64,000 nucleotides of DNA from an uncultured virus (IMG/VR IMGVR_UViG_3300036770_004547) (taxonomy: Duplodnaviria > Heunggongvirae > Uroviricota > Caudoviricetes). The stretch lies in IMG/VR virus record IMGVR_UViG_3300036770_004547; one strand, given 5' to 3'. The notes under the pieces are model-generated. The model was not told the origin of the DNA and searched no databases. It worked only from the letters and a program-made list of their open reading frames with translations. Every line of letters begins with the position of its first letter. The first letter of the stretch is position 1. Both the position numbers and the translations under genes were made by a program. Shown one piece after another: positions 18,379-27,382 of the stretch.

Positions 18379-18735
18379 ATGCTTCATCCCATCACCCAAG
18401 AAATCGCTGCAACCTTTGGATACGAACCCTTCGATTCAGAAGAAGGGCAGCAGCAGTACCAGGCAGAGTGCGACTTCCAAAACGCACCAAAGGGAGCACT
18501 CCCCTGCACTGGTAACGTCTACAGAAACAAGCAGGGAGTCCTCCGTTGCTACTGGATCCCAGCCGGAAACAACTACTCGGCAGAGGAAAAGGACGACCTC
18601 ATTGGTTGGTACGACATCCCAACCAACGAAGAGATCGAGGAGTGGTGCTACGACTCAGTTGCGTTCACGCCAGGTGATGACGAAGTCGAACCGGATCACC
18701 CAGACAGTTGGCTAAGAATTCTTGGCTTGATCTAA
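18379..18735 (+). CDS. Hypothetical phage protein
   Basis: C-terminal VEPDHPDSWLRILGLI. Confidence 0.65.
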   Translation: MLHPITQEIAATFGYEPFDSEEGQQQYQAECDFQNAPKGALPCTGNVYRNKQGVLRCYWIPAGNNYSAEEKDDLIGWYDIPTNEEIEEWCYDSVAFTPGDDEVEPDHPDSWLRILGLI

Positions 18736-18840
18736 GTCAAGTATTGTTTAGCTACAAGAAATTACCAATACTACTCATGTATTGGCTAATTACCTAATAC
18801 AAAGGTTATTGAGAATTTGTAGCAATAACCTTTGGCTATT

Positions 18841-18878
18841 CCTGGGCATCCACATACTTGTGTAGTGTAAGTCCCAGG
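18841..18878 (+). ncRNA. Bulged hairpin CTGGGCA...TG-TAAGT-CCCAGG, copy 1
   Basis: Repeated at 24724 with a different apex. Confidence 0.55.
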
Positions 18879-18908
18879 ATCAATCCTTGCTCTATCTACA
18901 CACTCACC

Positions 18909-19235
18909 ATGACACAAACTGAACTTTACTTTGAACCAAAAGTTTATCAAGTCGTTGGCAGAAACAAAGAGCTAACTATTCCTATGCACGATGATAAACG
19001 CATTGAACTAATGATTAAAGAACTTAAAGCTATTGTTAAACGAGAAGAGGATCGTCCTCTTGGATACAACGATCTTCCTTATGGTTCAGAAGAACAACTA
19101 CTAGAAGCCATCGATCTTCTCGAGAAAGCAATCGAATGGCCTTATGAAATTGAAGACTCATACGGTGAACCACCTATCACCATGGATGAAATGCACAGTG
19201 CTGCATGGAAAGAACATCAAGAAGCACATCGATAA
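18909..19235 (+). CDS. Hypothetical protein
   Basis: ORF track, start trimmed. Confidence 0.6.
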   Translation: MTQTELYFEPKVYQVVGRNKELTIPMHDDKRIELMIKELKAIVKREEDRPLGYNDLPYGSEEQLLEAIDLLEKAIEWPYEIEDSYGEPPITMDEMHSAAWKEHQEAHR

Positions 19236-19441
19236 TGGAACAGCGTATCTTTGTTTTTAAAACATTTGAAAAAATTTCTGATGGAAGACCAAAGCTTTTG
19301 GCTATCCCAGAAAATCAGATAAAAGAACTAAGCACTATTTATGGCAGTCAAAATGTTTTTGTGTATGTTAATGGCATAAAAGTTGATTATTCTTTTGATC
19401 GATTAATTAAAGAACTAGGTGTTAGACACGATTGTTTTTAA
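19235..19441 (+). CDS. Hypothetical protein (AT-rich)
   Basis: TAATG-coupled ORF. Confidence 0.55.
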   Translation: MEQRIFVFKTFEKISDGRPKLLAIPENQIKELSTIYGSQNVFVYVNGIKVDYSFDRLIKELGVRHDCF

Positions 19442-19602
19442 CTAAACCGTGGTACTGCCAGATAAACACTGGCCTACCACAGGTTAAGAAACAGTTAAGA
19501 CATCACCCCCAATGTAAATGTTAAGACTCATGTCATGAGTCAAACCACTTGACAGACAGTGGTAAGCTAACAACGTTCAATTACTTCACATCATTCAAAA
19601 CT

Positions 19603-19821
19603 ATGTCAGCACTTAACGACACACCTAAACCACGTATCCCTGACTCGGTAGATCTCCAGCGATTACAAGCCATGCAACTTGTTGCTCGCATGAAAGAAGC
19701 TGCAGATCGCAATGGGATTGGTTTTGTCGGGGGCTTTGTCAGCCCCGACGGACAAAAGTTTATGATGACCAACATGGATGAAGCAGATACTCAGATGCTT
19801 CTTCCTGATGACCTTAAGTAA
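19603..19821 (+). CDS. Hypothetical protein
   Basis: ORF track, start trimmed. Confidence 0.6.
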   Translation: MSALNDTPKPRIPDSVDLQRLQAMQLVARMKEAADRNGIGFVGGFVSPDGQKFMMTNMDEADTQMLLPDDLK

Positions 19822-19973
19822 ACCAATGACTAACGCAGATGCTTTGGTAACATGCGTTGCAATTATTTGTGTAACAATCACTATCTTTAAAATACTTTCA
19901 CTATGAATACATTCTTATTGTTTATCATCTGTTTTATCCTTGGTTATTTAATAACAAATCAACTGATTAAAAG

Positions 19974-20291
19974 ATGAACACCTCTTTAAAACACGAAGAA
20001 CAAATTGATTACATCATTGATAAATTTAACTTTGAAAAAGTTAGATGCGCCATGCTTGCACTTGATTGGCAGTGGGCCTGCACTGAAGGTAAAGGATATG
20101 CAGTGCCATCAATTGCAAGACTCAAAGCAATGGCACGTCACTTGCTTCGCTCATCTATTAAAGATACCGAAGTAACATCTGGTGGACTCTATGCCACATA
20201 CTATCCTCCAGAATATGGAGATGATGATTACTTCGTCTTGAAATTTGTAGTTGCTTTTGTTAACTCTGTTGATTACAACGAAGATGACTAA
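19974..20291 (+). CDS. Hypothetical phage protein
   Basis: ORF track. Confidence 0.65.
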   Translation: MNTSLKHEEQIDYIIDKFNFEKVRCAMLALDWQWACTEGKGYAVPSIARLKAMARHLLRSSIKDTEVTSGGLYATYYPPEYGDDDYFVLKFVVAFVNSVDYNEDD

Positions 20292-20625
20292 CCAACACCC
20301 TATCCCGTCTTTGTTTCAAGTGCGAGAGTGGCGAGAAGAAGCAGTTCGCAGACAGTATACTTGTGACGAAGCTGATGAGTATATTGCCGAACAATCTGCG
20401 CAATGGAGCGCAGATAAGGAATTATTAGCTTGTGGAAATTACCTTAAGCAGTGCGCTGCGTGGGAAGAAGAAGATGTAATTGAGTTTTATAATTACCGCC
20501 GCCCCAAGCTGCCGAGCTTGAAGGAGCAGGCGCTGCTGGCGATTGATACCGCTGTCGCGGATGATCGTTTGTCGGCAGATGTTGCCAACGTTGTCCGCCG
20601 CGCACTGGAGCAACTTGATGACTAA
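20284..20625 (+). CDS. Hypothetical protein, paralog of 25520-25900
   Basis: Shared QW(S/G)AD.EL, RRPK..SLKEQAL and RRALEQLDD motifs. Confidence 0.7.
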   Translation: MTNQHPIPSLFQVREWREEAVRRQYTCDEADEYIAEQSAQWSADKELLACGNYLKQCAAWEEEDVIEFYNYRRPKLPSLKEQALLAIDTAVADDRLSADVANVVRRALEQLDD

Positions 20626-20788
20626 ACAAATTATCTACAAAGAAATTATTGAGATCGATGGTCATGAATACAAAATTGCAGAGTTTGATTACTCTGAGTT
20701 TGTAAACGACGCCATCAACCAAGACTTTATTTCAGATGACAACCAGGAAATTATCAACTGGGTTGTTTCTGACATCACTGAAATCTAA
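20618..20788 (+). CDS. Small acidic hypothetical protein
   Basis: Coupled ORF. Confidence 0.5.
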   Translation: MTKQIIYKEIIEIDGHEYKIAEFDYSEFVNDAINQDFISDDNQEIINWVVSDITEI

Positions 20789-20796
20789 TTAATTCC

Positions 20797-21060
20797 ATGA
20801 CACAAAAAGAACTTAAAGCTACATCTGCTATTGACAAGAAGAATCTTCCTGCTCAACCAGGGGATATCTGGGAATCAAACATGAAGAATAGATTTGGTAC
20901 GGGGTCCAAACTAATGGTCACTGATGAAACTTGGGATGAACACCCAGGTTTCTTGAAGTGTTTTTACCTAATTGGCTGTGCCAACATTGGGCCTTACACC
21001 ATGCTTGATTCAAAGACTATGCGTGGCTTTACTTTGTACCAACGTAAAGAATCCAAATGA
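20797..21060 (+). CDS. Hypothetical protein
   Basis: ORF track. Confidence 0.55.
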   Translation: MTQKELKATSAIDKKNLPAQPGDIWESNMKNRFGTGSKLMVTDETWDEHPGFLKCFYLIGCANIGPYTMLDSKTMRGFTLYQRKESK

Positions 21061-21257
21061 CTCAAAAGAAATCACCAATTAATTTCGACAAAACAATTGC
21101 TGGCTTTAACGTCACGGAACGAGGTATTAAATCATTTACCAAGTCAATTAAACTTGGTCCGTTCCAGGTGACATTCAATGCACGTGAGTCAGGTGTGCAT
21201 GGATCTATTAGTATCCCAGGTACAGGATTAAGCCGTCGAAACATAAAGATAATCTAA
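21057..21257 (+). CDS. DUF4236-like small protein
   Basis: FTKSIKLGPFQVTFN...SISIPGTGLS pattern. Confidence 0.6.
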   Translation: MTQKKSPINFDKTIAGFNVTERGIKSFTKSIKLGPFQVTFNARESGVHGSISIPGTGLSRRNIKII

Positions 21258-21371
21258 AGATCCCCCTACAACCCCCTGGTAACAGCCAGTACCACGAAGT
21301 AATCTCTATTACGTTTCCAAGTACATACCATTTATTAGTAATACAACTATTTATTAACTAACCATTGATCA

Positions 21372-21398
21372 CGTCCTGGACATGACGTTAAACTGTCC
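21372..21398 (+). ncRNA. CGTC/GACG-TTAAAC pseudoknot
   Basis: CGTC-ct-GGACA-t-GACG-ttaaac-TGTCC. Confidence 0.85.
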
Positions 21399-21419
21399 AT
21401 GTCCTATCTCAACTCAACC

Positions 21420-21617
21420 ATGAACTCAGCTCAGTTCCATGCAATGACTGAATGCATGGAGACTTATGGTGGTACATTTGTATCACATCTAGCTACAGCA
21501 TTACGCTATGCAGATCCAGTGAATCGTCAAAAGATTCTTGACGTATTTCCTGATCTTGTAGCTAAGTATGGTCCTGCATCTCAATTCATGAAACCCAAAA
21601 CATTAGCAGAGGTTTGA
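21420..21617 (+). CDS. Conserved small phage protein
   Basis: METYGGTFVSHLATALRYADPVNRQKILDVFPDL. Confidence 0.65.
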   Translation: MNSAQFHAMTECMETYGGTFVSHLATALRYADPVNRQKILDVFPDLVAKYGPASQFMKPKTLAEV

Positions 21618-21620
21618 TTT

Positions 21621-21878
21621 ATGACAGTCCTTGCTATTGAAAACACAATCGTTAATGGTATCCATGTCACAGTTACAGCACTTGTTGAGGACATGCGTCT
21701 TCTATTCAAAACAACTCGTGATGAGCCTGAGGAATGGGCTCCAGCTCTGTGCACAACATCTTTTGAGTTGGATCCAGAGCTGCCTATGCCAACCAGCGAA
21801 GATGACTTCTGTAATTATCTTACTGACCTCGATCTTCGGTGGGAACTCGTTGACACATCTGATTGGAACTTAGACTGA
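21621..21878 (+). CDS. Hypothetical protein
   Basis: ORF track. Confidence 0.6.
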   Translation: MTVLAIENTIVNGIHVTVTALVEDMRLLFKTTRDEPEEWAPALCTTSFELDPELPMPTSEDDFCNYLTDLDLRWELVDTSDWNLD

Positions 21879-22078
21879 TGATTGGCTTTTCAATTGAATT
21901 CAAGCGTTGGTATTTGGTTATTCGTGGACCCAAGGGTCGAGTGTACTCCGCCTTTGGGTTTGCTAAACAAATGCCAGTCATGTTGCCAAATCAAACAATG
22001 ACATTGGATGAATACTTAAAAGATTGTGACGATCAAATTGTTTTTAAAGTTGATGGTAAAGAAGTAATGCGTTGGTAA
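21878..22078 (+). CDS. Hypothetical protein
   Basis: TGATG-coupled ORF. Confidence 0.5.
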   Translation: MIGFSIEFKRWYLVIRGPKGRVYSAFGFAKQMPVMLPNQTMTLDEYLKDCDDQIVFKVDGKEVMRW

Positions 22079-22083
22079 TCCAA

Positions 22084-22110
22084 CGTCCTAAGCATGACGT
22101 TAAACTGCTT
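22084..22110 (+). ncRNA. CGTC/GACG-TTAAAC pseudoknot
   Basis: CGTC-ct-AAGCA-t-GACG-ttaaac-TGCTT. Confidence 0.85.
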
Positions 22111-22138
22111 TACACTATGAACTTACTCTGAACACATC

Positions 22139-23872
22139 ATGCAATTCCGCCTCCCTTCTAACCTGCAAACTGAACTGCTTGCGTATGACCCAGTACTTAA
22201 AAAGCTGGCACGCAGCAACAATCCAAAAACCAAAGCCAAGAAATCTACTCATCCACTTGGTAACCCCAAAGGATTAATCCCTGTTGATGTGGTGCGTGAG
22301 TCACTGCTTGACGATGCAATCACACACATCAATTCAAATCCTGCAGCAGATCGTTACCACAAATTCACACGCATTATTAATGGCGAAGTAATTGTTACCG
22401 CCATCTTGTATCACTACGAGCACTGCTGGTATGCAGCATGGTTACCACCTAAAGGGCAAGAAAGCAAGTATGTGTATGGCTATGCCTTTGCATTCAAAGA
22501 TACAAAGGCTGCACATGAAATTGTGCCTCGGGTAATTACTAACTCTATTGATTCATATCAACAAGTAGTTACTGGTCGTTCAGTAATGTACCAACATCAA
22601 GAGTTGGTTACTGTTGAGTCTATTCAAAATGGACAGACAAGTCGCAATTGGAATATCCCAAATGCTGCTGCTTACTATCAAAAGTCTAAAGAACTTTACA
22701 AGGTTATTAAACAGTTTGAAGAACAACTAGTAACTACTATTCCAGTGTGGCAAGACACTAGTAATATCTTTGAACGTCTTGCAAGCAAACATAATCTACC
22801 GTCAATTTTATTTGTTAGCTCATCAGATGCAGATAATACTTATTGGGAAACAGATGATAGAACAACTTGGCAAGCATCTTATGAATCTTTGTTTAATCTG
22901 ATTACATATCATGCACAAATTAGTGGTAGTTATGGGCATAACTATAGAAGATACAATAAGATTCTGCATATTATTTCTAAGCCATTTTTTAAGAAATGGA
23001 TTCAAGAACAATGCAATAAAGTTAACGCAACATATGTAGATGAAACAAATGAATACCGTAGTTACATCAGGCGTCCATGGCTAACCATTAATAAATTGTT
23101 TGATCGTATTCTTTATGTTAATAGTATTTGGCCTGATTGTCCTATTGATTACTATCAAAATCATATTGAACAAATGCTTAGTGTTGACTTTTCATCTTAT
23201 GGTCATCGTGATGTAACAATGGAATGGCTACGCAAGCACATGCCTGTTGCTTCATTCTTTCAAATTATTTCTAAATACTATGACAAGGAAGTAGCAGAGC
23301 AACAAACAAAGCTTGCTTCATACCATTTAAATGGTGAGCTTGGCATTCACATTTATCGTTTCTATGAATGGAACGATACAACTTCTATGCTTACCAGGAT
23401 TCTTGAAGACAAACCAGACTCAGAGTTTGCACCACCTAAGCGTTGGCGCATCGAAGAGTTTCATGATTATGTTCAGGCAGAAAACTGGAAGATTAAAAAT
23501 CCAAACCAAAGCTTGCCACAAGATTTGTTTCCTGCACCTGTCAAGATTGAACTTGGCTCTAGCAAATGGACATTCTTTCAACCCATTGATACACATCAAC
23601 TGGGTGAGTGGGGACAAGCCGTACGCAATTGCGTTGGTAATGCATCCAGCTATGCGGAGGGTGTCCGCAAGAAACAACACTTTATTGTGTTGTGTTTGAT
23701 TGATGGCAAGCCACAGTTCACTGTCCAATTGGAAGTCAACAATGGTTCAATGTTTGTCAAACAAATTGTTGGACTATCAAACTCTAGGCTTAGCCCGGAA
23801 CAACAAGAGCTGTACACTACAGCATTTGGTCAGGCATTGCAAGCACGTGAATCTGAGCTAGTATCTAACTAG
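22139..23872 (+). CDS. PcfJ-like domain protein
   Basis: C-terminal FHDY...P.DTHQLGEWGQAVRNCVG..SYA...FTVQLE. Confidence 0.7.
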   Translation: MQFRLPSNLQTELLAYDPVLKKLARSNNPKTKAKKSTHPLGNPKGLIPVDVVRESLLDDAITHINSNPAADRYHKFTRIINGEVIVTAILYHYEHCWYAAWLPPKGQESKYVYGYAFAFKDTKAAHEIVPRVITNSIDSYQQVVTGRSVMYQHQELVTVESIQNGQTSRNWNIPNAAAYYQKSKELYKVIKQFEEQLVTTIPVWQDTSNIFERLASKHNLPSILFVSSSDADNTYWETDDRTTWQASYESLFNLITYHAQISGSYGHNYRRYNKILHIISKPFFKKWIQEQCNKVNATYVDETNEYRSYIRRPWLTINKLFDRILYVNSIWPDCPIDYYQNHIEQMLSVDFSSYGHRDVTMEWLRKHMPVASFFQIISKYYDKEVAEQQTKLASYHLNGELGIHIYRFYEWNDTTSMLTRILEDKPDSEFAPPKRWRIEEFHDYVQAENWKIKNPNQSLPQDLFPAPVKIELGSSKWTFFQPIDTHQLGEWGQAVRNCVGNASSYAEGVRKKQHFIVLCLIDGKPQFTVQLEVNNGSMFVKQIVGLSNSRLSPEQQELYTTAFGQALQARESELVSN

Positions 23873-23924
23873 CCCCCACAGGCGTGGTGGTCTTAGCCTC
23901 GTATCTAAGGCCACCATCAAACCA

Positions 23925-24140
23925 ATGACTGACTACACAGATGATCAATTGCTTACCATGGCAATGGCAAACATTGGTCAATTCATTGCTGACAACTCAC
24001 CACACTATGTACTAATTGAAGACCCACGCAACGAAGATGATTACGATACGTGGGACTATGGATGCGAACCATTGCCTCATGATCACACTTGGTATCACAC
24101 ATCAATAGATGTGAGTGTAAATCCAAGTAAGCCTGAGTAG
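23925..24140 (+). CDS. Small acidic hypothetical protein
   Basis: ORF track; preceded by a hairpin at 23885-23916. Confidence 0.55.
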   Translation: MTDYTDDQLLTMAMANIGQFIADNSPHYVLIEDPRNEDDYDTWDYGCEPLPHDHTWYHTSIDVSVNPSKPE

Positions 24141-24203
24141 TCCAGCGGAAGAGACAGGGACCTTAAAAGTCCTCCAGCGTGGGTTCGAATCCCTCCTCAG
24201 GCA
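24131..24203 (+). tRNA. tRNA-Leu(UAA), short variable loop, CCA not encoded
   Basis: Acceptor GCCTGAG/CTCAGGC, anticodon arm GGGAC-CTTAAAA-GTCCT, T arm GTGGG-TTCGAAT-CCCTC, discriminator A. Confidence 0.85.
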
Positions 24204-24221
24204 GTTTTTTATTTTACATTT

Positions 24222-24722
24222 ATGAGCCACGCTAAAGCAGCTTTACTACAAGCTTATAAAAAGGGTTATAGAGTTAAAGATAATGTTGTTTATGGCATTA
24301 TTAAAAAACAACCTTTAAAATTAAGTTGTTCTCAATCTGGTTATTTATATTTTAATATAAAACTTGGACCAAAGACACTTAAAGTATTTTTGCATCGTTT
24401 GGTTGCTTATGAAAAATATCAAGATAAGTTATTTGAACCAGGAATATTGGTTCGTCATTTAAATGGAAATAGTAAAGATAATTCGTTTGAAAACATTTGC
24501 ATTGGAACACAAACAGAAAACATGTTAGACAGGAATCCTGAAGAGCGATTAAACCATGCAATCAAAGCATCTAGTTTTATACGTAAATTTACAAATGAAA
24601 AAGTAAGTCAAATTAAACTTGATCATGCAAATGGTTTAGGTTATAAAGCTTTAATGGAAAAATATTGTATTACTTCTAAAGGAACTTTACATTATATTCT
24701 TACGCGTGAATATGTAACTTAA
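24222..24722 (+). CDS. HNH homing endonuclease
   Basis: HRLVAY...VRHLNGNSKDNSFENICIGTQTENM; markedly AT-rich. Confidence 0.85.
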   Translation: MSHAKAALLQAYKKGYRVKDNVVYGIIKKQPLKLSCSQSGYLYFNIKLGPKTLKVFLHRLVAYEKYQDKLFEPGILVRHLNGNSKDNSFENICIGTQTENMLDRNPEERLNHAIKASSFIRKFTNEKVSQIKLDHANGLGYKALMEKYCITSKGTLHYILTREYVT

Positions 24723-24723
24723 A

Positions 24724-24753
24724 TCTGGGCATTCGTAAGATGTAAGTCCCAGG
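24724..24753 (+). ncRNA. Bulged hairpin CTGGGCA...TG-TAAGT-CCCAGG, copy 2
   Basis: Same stem and bulge as the copy at 18841. Confidence 0.55.
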
Positions 24754-24781
24754 TACCAACTTCACACTTAACTCAAACATC

Positions 24782-25144
24782 ATGTCAATCTTTGCTGTCA
24801 TCAAACATTTCATTCCTCAACCCCATGCATACATGGATGAGGACAAGCGTTATAACCTTGGACTCACATGGACTGACCCAGAGGGTTTGACTGATAGTCA
24901 CAACCTAGAACTCAAGTACGTTCGTAATTCAGAGCGTCTTGCACTCCAAGGGCAGCCACAGCCTGATGGTAGTTGGCAATACACAGAAGCCAATGGTACA
25001 GTCCACACTATTTCAGCAGACCGTGCTATGGCATTCATGGAAAAAACCCATGAGCATGCCACGATCATGTGTCAAATGCTTGATAGGTTAAGAGAGTCTG
25101 GAATGGTGGGTGCACCTGTTGACACCAGTGCTCAAACCGTTTAA
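24782..25144 (+). CDS. Hypothetical protein
   Basis: ORF track. Confidence 0.6.
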   Translation: MSIFAVIKHFIPQPHAYMDEDKRYNLGLTWTDPEGLTDSHNLELKYVRNSERLALQGQPQPDGSWQYTEANGTVHTISADRAMAFMEKTHEHATIMCQMLDRLRESGMVGAPVDTSAQTV

Positions 25145-25147
25145 TCT
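25119..25147 (+). promoter_or_regulatory. Sigma70-like promoter
   Basis: TTGACA-17 nt-TAATCT. Confidence 0.45.
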
Positions 25148-25160
25148 ACACACGAAGGCG

Positions 25161-25192
25161 AGGGGCCTCCAGTAATGGGGGCTTTTTCTTTT
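25161..25192 (+). terminator. Intrinsic terminator-like hairpin
   Basis: GGGGCCTCC-agtaat-GGGGGCTTT followed by a T tract. Confidence 0.55.
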
Positions 25193-25194
25193 CT

Positions 25195-25527
25195 ATGATT
25201 TCAGACAATCCAAACAAAGCAATCAACCTTAACCTTGTTGATCTGGTATGTGACAACATTCCAGATTGGACATGGACAGTTGTTAAAGAGCAACTAATTG
25301 ATGCAATGGTTGATGCAATGCCAACTCACATTCTTGAAAAACTAACAGGAGATCCAACAGGTGATGAACGTGCACTTGAAATCCTTGATGATTATTACAG
25401 ATCAAATGAATTAAACAAAGATTTAATTGTTGATGCATTCAAAATTCTTGGTGAAGATCAAACAACCTATTTGTTAGATGCTCTTCAACTAGAAAAAATT
25501 CAACAACCAACTAACAACAATGACTAA
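25195..25527 (+). CDS. Hypothetical protein
   Basis: ORF track. Confidence 0.6.
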   Translation: MISDNPNKAINLNLVDLVCDNIPDWTWTVVKEQLIDAMVDAMPTHILEKLTGDPTGDERALEILDDYYRSNELNKDLIVDAFKILGEDQTTYLLDALQLEKIQQPTNNND

Positions 25528-25900
25528 CCAACAACATTTAATTACCCCACCGCCGGAGCTGGTGCTGCAGTGGACATCCGAGTGGATGCGATCTGAAGAT
25601 TCCCGCAACCTGATCGACGGTCGCGACAACTTCATGGCTGCTTGCGCCGCCCAATGGGGCGCCGACCAGGAGCTGGAGGCCATCATTCAATTGGCAGACC
25701 AATCCGCGCTCCCAGAAAAAGATCGGTATTTCGACGGGATGACAGTGGCCAGCCTCCGCGCCGCCCGTCGCCCCAAGCCGCTGAGCTTGAAGGAGCAAGC
25801 GCTAGCAGCGCTTGAAAGATACGAAGCAGAGGAATGGTGTGAAGAAATGACATTTGATAGCAGCATTATCCGCCGCGCCCTGGAGCAACTCGATGACTGA
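25520..25900 (+). CDS. Hypothetical protein, paralog of 20284-20625 (GC-rich cassette)
   Basis: ITPPPELV..AAQWGADQELEA..RRPKPLSLKEQAL..RRALEQLDD. Confidence 0.7.
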   Translation: MTNQQHLITPPPELVLQWTSEWMRSEDSRNLIDGRDNFMAACAAQWGADQELEAIIQLADQSALPEKDRYFDGMTVASLRAARRPKPLSLKEQALAALERYEAEEWCEEMTFDSSIIRRALEQLDD

Positions 25901-26198
25901 CGATTTTCCCACCAATTTTGTGAAACTAGAGCCCGCCCACTGCATTAAATTATGTTCTCCGCCAACGGAAGAAGTCATTCGCCTTGACAAAGAAGGCTTC
26001 CATTACCGAGGTCAGTTCATTGCTGATGCTGGTGAAGCCCACCGCTTGATGGTGGAGTTTCTCAGGCAGCAGACCCAACCCGAGCCGCAGGGGCCGACGG
26101 ATGAGGAGCTGGTTGAACTCTTTAACGACAACGACTGGAACTACATCAGCCCAGAAACTTTTTTTGATATTGCTCGTTCTGTACTGGAGTTACGATGA
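25893..26198 (+). CDS. Hypothetical protein
   Basis: Coupled ORF; PEPQGPTDEEL motif. Confidence 0.6.
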   Translation: MTDDFPTNFVKLEPAHCIKLCSPPTEEVIRLDKEGFHYRGQFIADAGEAHRLMVEFLRQQTQPEPQGPTDEELVELFNDNDWNYISPETFFDIARSVLELR

Positions 26199-26449
26199 CT
26201 GAACTCTCTCTCGCCGCACAAGCAATTCTCGCCGCTCAGGCCAAGCAGCGATGTCTGAACGAATGGGATCACGTTAATGATCCTCCGTGCCACCCAAGCG
26301 ACGATGACTGGAACGGATGTTATCAATGCATTGACCGCCGTGGACTTGCCGCTGCCCTGCGAGCTGTTGTACAAGAACTTAAGTATTTTGGTATCACTGA
26401 GAAAAACATTCTTGCCATCGCCGCCGAGTTGGAAGGTGCCAATGATTAA
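26195..26449 (+). CDS. Hypothetical protein
   Basis: MTELSLAAQAIL..LAAALRA..ILAIAAELE. Confidence 0.6.
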   Translation: MTELSLAAQAILAAQAKQRCLNEWDHVNDPPCHPSDDDWNGCYQCIDRRGLAAALRAVVQELKYFGITEKNILAIAAELEGAND

Positions 26450-26660
26450 TCAACAACCATCACTTCAATCAACACTCAAATTCATGGAACTACCTAACGG
26501 AAAGATGAGTCTTCGTCTTGAAATTGACAAAAGTACTTATTGGAAGCTAACTAAAATTGCTGCTGATGATCAACAACATGTAGAAGAATGGCTTGAAGCT
26601 TATTTGCCTGAAACTGCCGATGTAATTGAAAGAACAAAAGCTAGTTACGCAAACAAATGA
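26442..26660 (+). CDS. Small protein, possible ribbon-helix-helix
   Basis: Beta strand followed by two helices (LRLEIDKSTYWKLTKIAA). Confidence 0.45.
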   Translation: MINQQPSLQSTLKFMELPNGKMSLRLEIDKSTYWKLTKIAADDQQHVEEWLEAYLPETADVIERTKASYANK

Positions 26661-27004
26661 ACTGCCGTAAATGTAATTCACTTGACACACGCGTTGTTGC
26701 TGTCACAAGAAAGCCAAGAGAAACTTGGCGTTATTGCAAATGTTTAAAGTGTGATGCACGTTTTAAAACAATTGAGACTTATGCAGTAAACAAACCAATT
26801 GGTTCAACATACACTCGACTGCATCCCAATCACATTAAACGAGGTGAAGCTAATGGTTCTTCTGTATTGACAGAACAAAACATTAAAGACATTAAGTTAC
26901 TTGCATCGCAAAATGTAACTTACAAAGAAATTTCTAAACGGTTTGGAATTCATCCATCAACTGTTTATCGCATTGTTAAACGCAAAATGTGGTCCCATGT
27001 CTAA
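26657..27004 (+). CDS. NrdR-like zinc ribbon fused to an HTH
   Basis: MNCRKC..DTRVV..RYCKCLKCDARFKTIE plus TYKEISKRFGIHPSTVYRIV. Confidence 0.7.
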   Translation: MNCRKCNSLDTRVVAVTRKPRETWRYCKCLKCDARFKTIETYAVNKPIGSTYTRLHPNHIKRGEANGSSVLTEQNIKDIKLLASQNVTYKEISKRFGIHPSTVYRIVKRKMWSHV

Positions 27005-27302
27005 ATACAAAAAAGTTGTCCGCTTTCAACCAGGTGATCGCGTTGCTGAAAAACCTAAAGCAACATACATTCCTAACATTTCACATTGGAAAGCTGACAT
27101 TGTTGCAAAGAATTGCACACAGCGTTATGGAACCATTGTTATGGCTCGACAAAAACGAAACAGTAATGGTACAGAGTCTACTTACTACCAGGTAAAGTGG
27201 GACAACAATACAACAGGTGAGCACGCACAGTGTCGCCTTTGTTTTGAAACTGAACTACCACAAATTCTTGAAGACTACACAGCTCAACTTTATGGGACTT
27301 AA
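26997..27302 (+). CDS. Hypothetical SH3-like protein
   Basis: FQPGDRV..GTIV..YYQVKWD. Confidence 0.55.
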   Translation: MSKYKKVVRFQPGDRVAEKPKATYIPNISHWKADIVAKNCTQRYGTIVMARQKRNSNGTESTYYQVKWDNNTTGEHAQCRLCFETELPQILEDYTAQLYGT

Positions 27303-27343
27303 ACAACTGCGGTTGGTTGTTTACTTAATGCTTTAACAGCATG

Positions 27344-27382
27344 AAGAGATTCGATTTCTTTTCGAATCTCTTTTGCTTTTTT
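27344..27382 (+). terminator. Intrinsic terminator
   Basis: AAGAGATTCGA/TCGAATCTCTT followed by a T-rich tail. Confidence 0.6.

Noticed and set aside
18290..18715. 141-aa overlapping ORF with a TM segment and Ser/Thr/Arg tail
   Set aside because: The tail looks like an off-frame read of 18379-18735. A short N-terminal membrane peptide cannot be excluded but is unsupported.
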